In this document: positions 57,547 through 64,000 of the stretch, one piece after another | How positions within the stretch are numbered: position 1 is the stretch's first letter | Layout of the letters: every line of letters begins with the position of its first letter | IMG/VR virus record: IMGVR_UViG_3300043449_002688 | Coordinates: 1 to 64,000 of that record | Origin: a virus | Length of the DNA stretch: 64,000 nt | Reading direction: 5' to 3' (one strand) | The notes under the pieces: model-generated | Database searches by the model: none | What the model saw: the letters and a program-made list of their open reading frames with translations, nothing else | Told to the model about the DNA's origin: nothing | Made by a program: the position numbers and the translations under genes

Positions 57547-58355
57547 TGGTTAAAAAAATTACGGTAAGCACTACCAAAATCCTTGTTTTAATGTCTTTTA
57601 TTTTCAGTTTAGCTGTCCTTTCCCCATTTCTTTATCGAATGGCGCTTAGAGGTTTTTTAACGTCTAAAGTTGTAAAAATGGAAGTTCATGTTAATAATCG
57701 AGCGCTTGGCGGCGGGACTGGGTTTTATGTTAAGGGGAAAAGTGGGAAAACCTATATTTTAACCAACAGGCATATCTGCGACATACCTGAATCTGCTGTG
57801 TTAAAGTTAATTCCAAAATCAGGAAAAGATAAAAATCGTCCTATAAAAGCGAAAATTATAGAGGTTTCTAATAAAAGCGATTTGTGCTTAATTGAATCTC
57901 CCGACAATACTAACGGCCTTACAGTAGGCGATAGTTTAGAATTAGGAGATTTAATTCATTATGCTGGCTACCCCAGATTACAACCTCTTACGATGGATAC
58001 AGGAGAAGCAGTAGGCTATAATTTTATTGGCGTTTTTGTAGGCTTTATTGGCGAACAAGTTAGCGAAAAGCAATGTAAAGCAAATAAAGATATGCAAATA
58101 AGAGAAATTGTAGCTCCTTTTATTAAAAAAACTGATTCTGGAAATGAAGATTTATTTTTTATTAAACGAAAAGTTTGTATTCAATTTGCCAATTCATTAG
58201 TAACAACATTTACAATTTATCCAGGAGCTTCTGGAAGTCCAATTGTTAACTGGAAAGGCGATTTAGTGAGCGTAGTATATGCTGGCCCAGCAAATGGAGG
58301 CTGGGGTTGGGGAGTTTCGCTTTCTCAAATTAAAGAATTTTTGCTACAGAGGTAA
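57546..58355 (+). CDS. Membrane-anchored trypsin-like (S1) serine protease
   Basis: GTGF, TNRH, SDLCLI, PGASGSP. Confidence 0.88.
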   Translation: MVKKITVSTTKILVLMSFIFSLAVLSPFLYRMALRGFLTSKVVKMEVHVNNRALGGGTGFYVKGKSGKTYILTNRHICDIPESAVLKLIPKSGKDKNRPIKAKIIEVSNKSDLCLIESPDNTNGLTVGDSLELGDLIHYAGYPRLQPLTMDTGEAVGYNFIGVFVGFIGEQVSEKQCKANKDMQIREIVAPFIKKTDSGNEDLFFIKRKVCIQFANSLVTTFTIYPGASGSPIVNWKGDLVSVVYAGPANGGWGWGVSLSQIKEFLLQR

Positions 58356-58357
58356 AA

Positions 58358-59071
58358 ATGGGCAGAACTATTATTGCTATAAGCGGCTGGGCTAAATCAG
58401 GAAAAGATACTTTAGCTAATTTTTTAATTAAAGAAAAAAACGCCAAAAGACTAGCCTTTGCTGATTCTTTAAAAGAAATGGTAGCTGCCCAATACAATAT
58501 TCCATTAGAATGGACGCATGATCAGTTAAAAAAAGAAATCCCTTTAAGGGGAATGCCAGTTGAACCTAAAGATTCTTTTTCAAAAATGATAGCTAAATTT
58601 ATGTATAAAGAATTTAGAACTTGGACAGGGCAAACGCCTTCTGGATATTGTTTTTTTGATCACGATTTAGGGCATATTACTCCTGATGGTATTTTTTATG
58701 GAATTGCAAAGGGCGAGAAATTAAAACTTTTTTGGACACCTCGTGCCTTGTGCATACTTGAAGGGTCTGTTAAAAGAACAGCTAATTCAGAATATTGGGT
58801 CAAAAAAGCTATAGAGAAAGCAGATAAAAACGGCCTTTTCGTTATTTCTGATCTTAGATATCAATCTGAAATTTACTCAATTAAAACTTCTATGTCTGAA
58901 GAAGATACGTTAGTGACTGTTAGAGTTAATAGATTTGAAAAAACTCAATCAAATGATCCGTCAGAAAGAGATTTAGATAATGCTGAATTTGATCACGTTA
59001 TTAAAAATGATGGCACTTTAGAAGAATATATGTTAAAAATTAACAATATGCTTAAAGAAAGAGGGCTATAA
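58358..59071 (+). CDS. Deoxynucleoside monophosphate kinase
   Basis: GWAKSGKDT, FADSLK, ISDLRY..E, SE, NDGTL. Confidence 0.85.
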   Translation: MGRTIIAISGWAKSGKDTLANFLIKEKNAKRLAFADSLKEMVAAQYNIPLEWTHDQLKKEIPLRGMPVEPKDSFSKMIAKFMYKEFRTWTGQTPSGYCFFDHDLGHITPDGIFYGIAKGEKLKLFWTPRALCILEGSVKRTANSEYWVKKAIEKADKNGLFVISDLRYQSEIYSIKTSMSEEDTLVTVRVNRFEKTQSNDPSERDLDNAEFDHVIKNDGTLEEYMLKINNMLKERGL

Positions 59072-59283
59072 TGGACAAAAAAGCTGTTGTTGCAAAACAT
59101 CCAAGAATTAAAACAGGTTTTGTTGTAGATATCTTTTTTGGCAAAGAAATTGTCGAAAGCCTTTCTTTTGCGCGAAAAAATTCAAAAGAAGATAATTTAA
59201 AAGATTTGTTTAAATGGTTGCAAAATATTAAAAGTTTTGGAGAAATAAATGTTTACGTACCAAATGGTTCAAATTTATCTTGA
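59071..59283 (+). CDS. Hypothetical protein
   Basis: ORF coupled to the upstream gene. Confidence 0.55.
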   Translation: MDKKAVVAKHPRIKTGFVVDIFFGKEIVESLSFARKNSKEDNLKDLFKWLQNIKSFGEINVYVPNGSNLS

Positions 59284-59473
59284 ACAAGCTTTTAAAGATT
59301 TGGATTTAGCAAGATCAGCTATGTGGGAAGCTGTCCAAAATACTAATATGGCAAAAGATGCAATAGTTGAAGCAAAAGTTGCAGATGCTCGTGCTCATAT
59401 TAAAGATTTAGTTGCTAGATTAGATGAAATGAATGTACAAATTCAAAATATTAAAAATAAATCAAACGAATAA
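59249..59473 (+). CDS. Hypothetical coiled-coil protein
   Basis: GGAG RBS. Confidence 0.55.
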   Translation: MFTYQMVQIYLEQAFKDLDLARSAMWEAVQNTNMAKDAIVEAKVADARAHIKDLVARLDEMNVQIQNIKNKSNE

Positions 59474-59785
59474 TTAATCTACATGAACGTATTCAACATC
59501 TTCTTTGTCGCACCACTTGCAAAACCTTCTATGTCTATTAAATAACAAAATAACGCTCCAAACGTGATAGCAAGCTTCTTGTTTTTCAAAAAGCTTCTTT
59601 TGAAGATCAGTAAATTTTTTACCTTCTTCAATTGACATGTTTGAACCTTTTTTCTTTAATTCTTTTAGCTCTTTTAAAATCTCAGATACTTCAGATTGCT
59701 CCCAAGAAGTTAAACTGTGTTCTTGGCTATCATTACAATCCCAATCTTCTTCGCTTCCCCACATATCAATCAAGTTTTTTGTCAT
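59474..59785 (-). CDS. Hypothetical protein with a C-terminal CxH...CxxC
   Basis: Start placed at MTKNL, overlapping the end of the endolysin gene. Confidence 0.55.
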   Translation of the reverse strand: MTKNLIDMWGSEEDWDCNDSQEHSLTSWEQSEVSEILKELKELKKKGSNMSIEEGKKFTDLQKKLFEKQEACYHVWSVILLFNRHRRFCKWCDKEDVEYVHVD

Positions 59786-60212
59786 ATTTACCGTCCCATA
59801 TATTAGGATTGCATGGAGGCTTTGTTGAAGGTATAAAAACTCTTTTATTTGATTTTGGTGGATATATTTGAAAATGGACCCAAGACCCACATCCATTTGT
59901 CCACCTGATATCTTCAATCCAAAGTCCAGCATCTTTTATAATTTCTAAATTATTTATAACCCATTTAGCAAAATCTCCAGAGTCGTTATCATCTATATCT
60001 ATAGCTGCCCCTTTATAATGCCAAGAGGTAGGCGACCCACCTTTTGGTGCATCCTGCGGTCTCCTATACCCATCATTTACCTTCATTGGTTTGCCATAAG
60101 CAGATCTAACTATATTTATTCTTTGTAAAAGAATTTGCAAATTTTTTTGAATTTCTTCAGAAAGATCTTCTAATTTAGCTCTATTCATTAAAATTTCTTT
60201 CATTATTATCAT
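59766..60212 (-). CDS. Peptidase M15-type endolysin
   Basis: DGYR, SWHYKGAAID, WVH zinc motifs; late motif upstream. Confidence 0.8.
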   Translation of the reverse strand: MIIMKEILMNRAKLEDLSEEIQKNLQILLQRINIVRSAYGKPMKVNDGYRRPQDAPKGGSPTSWHYKGAAIDIDDNDSGDFAKWVINNLEIIKDAGLWIEDIRWTNGCGSWVHFQIYPPKSNKRVFIPSTKPPCNPNIWDGKYDKKLD

Positions 60213-60243
60213 AAAACACCTTTAATAACAAATATTTACAAAA

Positions 60244-60252
60244 AAGATTAGG
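60244..60252 (-). promoter_or_regulatory. Putative late promoter element CCTAATCTT
   Basis: Exact motif upstream of the endolysin. Confidence 0.6.
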
Positions 60253-60258
60253 ATTATA

Positions 60259-60287
60259 TTGATTTAATAAAAAAACATTGATAGACT
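60259..60287 (+). promoter_or_regulatory. Sigma70-like promoter of the def-map unit
   Basis: TTGATT-N17-TAGACT with extended TG. Confidence 0.55.
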
Positions 60288-60303
60288 GAACAATAGAGGT
60301 TTT

Positions 60304-60534
60304 ATGCGTATCATATTTTTAGCACTTATTTTGTTCTTCTATTCTCCTAATGCTATTTCCTGCGAAATAGATATAGATATTTTACAAGGAAAAACCTTAA
60401 AAGAATCTATTGTTGTTATTCGTATTAACGAAAAAAGATATGAAAAAACTTTAAAAATAGATAAAACAACTGAAAGTCAAATTTTTGATTGGGCAGAAAA
60501 AACTTTTAGCGAGGAATGTAATGAAGCACTTTAA
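60304..60534 (+). CDS. Small secreted protein
   Basis: Signal-peptide-like N-terminus; GAGG RBS. Confidence 0.6.
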   Translation: MRIIFLALILFFYSPNAISCEIDIDILQGKTLKESIVVIRINEKRYEKTLKIDKTTESQIFDWAEKTFSEECNEAL

Positions 60535-60988
60535 GGTATTAAAACATCCAAACCCAAAACTAAAACAAGTAGCAGAACCTGTTGAAACTTTTAATGAAGA
60601 ACTTAAGAATACCGTACTAAGGATGATTAATACGGTAAAAAAAGAAGGCGGGATTGGCCTTGCCGGTAATCAAGTAGGCGTATTGCAGCGTATCATTATT
60701 ATCGATACCCTTAAGGCTGATAAATCTAGAGGTTTTTTTGGAGCTTTAATAAATCCTACTATTGTTTCAAAAGCTCTTGATAAAACTGTTTACCCTGAAG
60801 GATGTTTAAGTTTTCCTAATGCTCAATATTGGGTTGAAAGAAACAATGCTATTGTAGTAAAGTTTCAAAATGTTATGGGAGCAGTTCAAGAAAGGGAATT
60901 TAAGGGCATCACGTCAATTTGTATTCAGCATGAAATAGATCATTTAAATGGTGTTACTTTTGATACCAAAGCTCAAATTTTATTGTGA
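60521..60988 (+). CDS. def: Peptide deformylase
   Basis: GIGLAGNQ, EGCLS, QHEIDHLNG; ATG at 60521 after GAGGA. Confidence 0.95.
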   Translation: MKHFKVLKHPNPKLKQVAEPVETFNEELKNTVLRMINTVKKEGGIGLAGNQVGVLQRIIIIDTLKADKSRGFFGALINPTIVSKALDKTVYPEGCLSFPNAQYWVERNNAIVVKFQNVMGAVQEREFKGITSICIQHEIDHLNGVTFDTKAQILL

Positions 60989-60994
60989 GTAAAA

Positions 60995-61771
60995 ATGAAA
61001 TACGACAAAAACTTTGTTTTAAATATGAAAAAAGCAGGTAAACTTGCTGCGAAAGTTTTAAATGAAGTGGTTCGTCATGCAAAAAAAGGTGTTACCACTA
61101 ACGAATTAGATCAAATTGCATACGAACATACTCTTTCTCTTGGCGCAGAAGCAGCATGCCTTGGGTATAAAGGTTATCCAAAAACCATATGTACTTCTAT
61201 TAATGATATTCTTTGCCATGGCGTTCCTGATGACACAAAATTAAAAGACGGAGATATAATTAATATTGATGTAACAATTAGATTACCTTCAGGTCATCAT
61301 GGCGATACTTCTATAACTGTTTATATTGATGGAGAAGAAGCGGATTCCGATAAGACACAAAAGCTTGAATTAATATCTTTAGCAAAACAAGCAAGAGATG
61401 CAGGAATTGCGGCTGTAAGGCCAAAAGGTACGGTAGGCGATATTGGATTTATGACATATAACGCTATTAATAAGTATAAAGGAAAATATGCTGCTGCTGC
61501 AGATATTGGTGGACATGGAATTGGCAAAAAATTTCATGATCATCCTTTTGTACCGCCGACTGGCACTTGGGGAGATGGCTTTATTCTTAGGCCCTGGACA
61601 TGCATTACAGTTGAGCCAATAGTAGTTGATGGCAATCCTGCCTATTCGTCTCATAAGATTGAAAACTCAGAGATAGTGTTATTTAAAACATTAAGCGGTA
61701 AAAATGCTTGCCAATTTGAGCACACTGTATTAGTAACTGACGTAGGTTATGAAATTTTAACTTTGGAGTAA
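60995..61771 (+). CDS. map: Methionine aminopeptidase type I
   Basis: CTSIND..CHG, NIDVT, HGDTS, GHGIG..FH, TVEP, QFEHT. Confidence 0.95.
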   Translation: MKYDKNFVLNMKKAGKLAAKVLNEVVRHAKKGVTTNELDQIAYEHTLSLGAEAACLGYKGYPKTICTSINDILCHGVPDDTKLKDGDIINIDVTIRLPSGHHGDTSITVYIDGEEADSDKTQKLELISLAKQARDAGIAAVRPKGTVGDIGFMTYNAINKYKGKYAAAADIGGHGIGKKFHDHPFVPPTGTWGDGFILRPWTCITVEPIVVDGNPAYSSHKIENSEIVLFKTLSGKNACQFEHTVLVTDVGYEILTLE

Positions 61772-61773
61772 TT

Positions 61774-62334
61774 ATGAATCCAAATATTGTATCTTTTTTT
61801 TCAAAAGCATTATCTTCATACGAATACCATTTAAGAACTTTAGTTGATCCTTCTATAGAAAGATATGTATATGATGGCGTTCATTGCCCAACAGGAAAAT
61901 ATAAATATTATATCATAGGCACACCAGCAATATTCTCTATTTTAACAAAGCATTTAACTATTAGGTTAGAAATGAGAGATACGATTCATTTAGACAATCA
62001 TTTGAAAAATCACACTCATTTTATTGGAATGTTTGTGTATCATGAAGATTCAGACAGAATCCATGTTTCCGCTTGCAGAGATTTTAAAACTGGGGATAGA
62101 GCAGCAACTGTTGTTTCAGATGAAATTAACGATTTTGTATATAAGGCGAATCTTTTGTACGGCAACTCTCCGGTTCAATTGCCGTTAGGTTTTTCTCAAA
62201 AAAACTTTAACGATGAACAGCCATCAAAGCCTGTAAAAACTTCTAAATGTGATTGCGGAGCTTTTGTTTTAGGTTATAAAGATTCAGACGATTATGCACA
62301 TTCTAGATGGTGCAGTGCCTTAAATAAAGGCTAA
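61774..62334 (+). CDS. Hypothetical protein with a C-terminal CxC...H..WC
   Basis: GGAG RBS. Confidence 0.65.
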   Translation: MNPNIVSFFSKALSSYEYHLRTLVDPSIERYVYDGVHCPTGKYKYYIIGTPAIFSILTKHLTIRLEMRDTIHLDNHLKNHTHFIGMFVYHEDSDRIHVSACRDFKTGDRAATVVSDEINDFVYKANLLYGNSPVQLPLGFSQKNFNDEQPSKPVKTSKCDCGAFVLGYKDSDDYAHSRWCSALNKG

Positions 62335-62606
62335 AAAGTCCAGATGACCTTAACTGTAGGGTCATCTTTTGCTTTTACAACTAAAGAAAAATTATTGTTA
62401 ATGCCAATAGAAGCTTCTTGAGCCACAGCAGCTCCAATAATTGGAGCTGCAATTTTTACTACGGCATAATCTATCTTCTTTTCAATTTTTCTTTTAGCTT
62501 GTTCTAATTCTTGCACAAATTCAGGGTTATATGCATAGTATGCTGGCGTAACCTTTTCGCAAAGGCCATTAATACAAGCTGCAACAATACCTATTTCTAA
62601 GATCAT
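62331..62606 (-). CDS. Hypothetical protein
   Basis: Coupled to the subtilase gene. Confidence 0.55.
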   Translation of the reverse strand: MILEIGIVAACINGLCEKVTPAYYAYNPEFVQELEQAKRKIEKKIDYAVVKIAAPIIGAAVAQEASIGINNNFSLVVKAKDDPTVKVIWTF

Positions 62607-63259
62607 TTAGCTTTCCTTGTAAGAATAAATGCAGTTGCTTTTGCGGTAGACTGAGATGTTCCACTAAGAGTAACACCAAATCCAGTTTGATCTTCTCCAT
62701 TCAAAGTAACATCCACAATCTTGCCTTTGTTGGAGGATTTATGATAAACCCCTGCTAACCCATTTCCTACAACTACAATTCGTTTGTCTAAGCAAGCTGG
62801 ATAATAGTTGCATTTTTTATTTAAATCAAAAGACTCGTTGCCTGCTGCCACAACAATAATAGTTCCAGAATCTAATAGTTTTTTTAAAAGCTGATATTCT
62901 TTTGCCCATATTACATTGCCACCAGCAGAAATATTTAAAATATCTGGTTTATCTTTTGCAATTTCAGCTAAAGCATTCATGTAAGATTTAAAATTCCCAT
63001 CTTTGCTTTTTTTAGAAAAACCTTTATAAATGTTTATACAATAATCTATTTTTTTTGGAGTATTTTCAATAATTAATCCAACAACATTTGTGCCATGTTC
63101 AGAATTTTCCCATAATTTTTCATTAGTAAAATTTTTTGTTTTGCAAATTTTTTTATTATGCATATGCTTAGAGCTAATTCCGCTGTCCAAAACAGCAACT
63201 TGAATTTTTGCAAAACAAACAACAGGCATTAAAACAAATAATGATATTGATTTAATCAT
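62603..63259 (-). CDS. Minimal secreted subtilisin-like (S8) protease
   Basis: Signal peptide; VAVLDSG, HGTNV, AAGN, SGTSQ. Confidence 0.88.
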   Translation of the reverse strand: MIKSISLFVLMPVVCFAKIQVAVLDSGISSKHMHNKKICKTKNFTNEKLWENSEHGTNVVGLIIENTPKKIDYCINIYKGFSKKSKDGNFKSYMNALAEIAKDKPDILNISAGGNVIWAKEYQLLKKLLDSGTIIVVAAGNESFDLNKKCNYYPACLDKRIVVVGNGLAGVYHKSSNKGKIVDVTLNGEDQTGFGVTLSGTSQSTAKATAFILTRKAK

Positions 63260-63279
63260 ACTTAAAGAATACCACTTTG

Positions 63280-63308
63280 TTGACTTTAAATCAAATAAAT
63301 GGTCTAAT
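63280..63308 (+). promoter_or_regulatory. Sigma70-like early promoter
   Basis: TTGACT-N17-TCTAAT. Confidence 0.65.
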
Positions 63309-63337
63309 ATTAATACAACCCAAGGAAGGAGGGTAAA

Positions 63338-63730
63338 ATGTTCTCATCAGAGCTGTCTGCAAAAGAGCTAAAAGATATAACTAATATTTTAGAAAACCTT
63401 AAAGCTATTGGAATTGTTAGCGATTATGATATAACAAAAGGAAGTGTTAGTATTTGCGACACTTTTTCGGCCATCAGAAGGATGGAACGGCATGCCTTTA
63501 ATGCCTTTAAATTAGCTTTTCCGGATTCTATTATTAGAAAAACTGCCATAGATTTTTATTTAGCAAGCTTAATGAACAATAATCTCAAAATGGGACTAGA
63601 TAAAAATTCTATTATTTTAAGCATGTTACTCTCTTTAGAAAAAGAGAATCAAAATCAGTTTAAAGATCTTTCCAAAATACTAGTTAAAGAGTTTTCTCAT
63701 TACAATTTTGAAAAAATAAAACTTCAATGA
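63338..63730 (+). CDS. Hypothetical early protein
   Basis: AAGGAGG RBS. Confidence 0.7.
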   Translation: MFSSELSAKELKDITNILENLKAIGIVSDYDITKGSVSICDTFSAIRRMERHAFNAFKLAFPDSIIRKTAIDFYLASLMNNNLKMGLDKNSIILSMLLSLEKENQNQFKDLSKILVKEFSHYNFEKIKLQ

Positions 63731-63785
63731 ATTTTTTACTTGTATTAAAATAAAAACAATGCTATCCTTATTTTAAGGAGGCATT

Positions 63786-64000
63786 ATGGCTAAAATTAAT
63801 GTTATTTCTGATTCGCTGGGAAATGAATTTTATCAAGCTACTGCTAATCATGAAACTTTCGGTAAACTAAATGAAGTAAAGTTTCAAAGCAAAAAAAGCA
63901 AAGAAATAATAGATTTTTTGGTTCAATATAATGTAGAAAAATGTGAAGCTGAAAGAGCAATCGATCTTCTTGACATTGAAGGTCATAATGCTGCTATTTT
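63786..64000 (+). CDS. Hypothetical protein, partial
   Basis: AAGGAGG RBS; TTGTAT-N17-TATCCT upstream; frame open to the window edge. Confidence 0.7.
   Translation, partial: MAKINVISDSLGNEFYQATANHETFGKLNEVKFQSKKSKEIIDFLVQYNVEKCEAERAIDLLDIEGHNAAI

Noticed and set aside
34150-61771. Bacterial chromosome segment or prophage boundary (groEL, dnaE, recA, def, map)
   Set aside because: The genes are divergent, intermixed with phage-type SSB, primase and dNMP kinase, uniform in composition, and no integrase or att site was seen
1-64000. Stop-codon reassignment, tRNA or rRNA genes
   Set aside because: Conserved genes are full length under the standard code and intergenic gaps are short; no cloverleaf was recognised by eye (tRNAscan not run)

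Overview
This window is 64 kb of a large, AT-rich tailed dsDNA phage genome, gene-dense and read cleanly with the standard code. No rRNA, tRNA or CRISPR array was seen. Two arms diverge from an inverted-repeat region at about 33.2 kb. The left arm (mostly minus strand) runs: intein-containing SF2 helicase, sigma factor, GroES-like protein, SbcD/Mre11, terminase, portal, MuF-like protein, prohead protease, a giant ~2150 aa protein, scaffold, SPO1/Twort-style major capsid protein, then CYTH, dUTPase, DnaQ-like exonuclease, two ClpP proteases and a neck protein. The right arm (mostly plus strand) runs: HTH protein, GroEL, SbcC, RuvC-like resolvase, class Id-like RNR, DnaE, SSB, RecA, primase, DnaB, trypsin-like protease, dNMP kinase, M15 endolysin, peptide deformylase plus MetAP, and a subtilase. 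Five observations stand out. (1) dnaE is split by a natural split intein at a HA|C site, with a Zn-ribbon/HNH endonuclease gene overlapping the N-intein by 250 nt in another frame. (2) The prohead protease carries a copy of the capsid N-terminal arm followed by a PI3K/PI4K/HipA-like kinase, next to a giant repeat protein ending in a GNAT-like domain, which suggests virion-packaged enzyme cargo. (3) An HNH-type domain is fused in frame to the N-terminus of a ClpP. (4) The phage encodes a near-complete protein maturation and quality-control set (PDF, MetAP, GroEL/GroES, two ClpPs, possibly an FKBP-like protein). (5) A recurring CCTAATCTT motif is a candidate late promoter. All functional calls come from motif recognition by eye; no database search was run.
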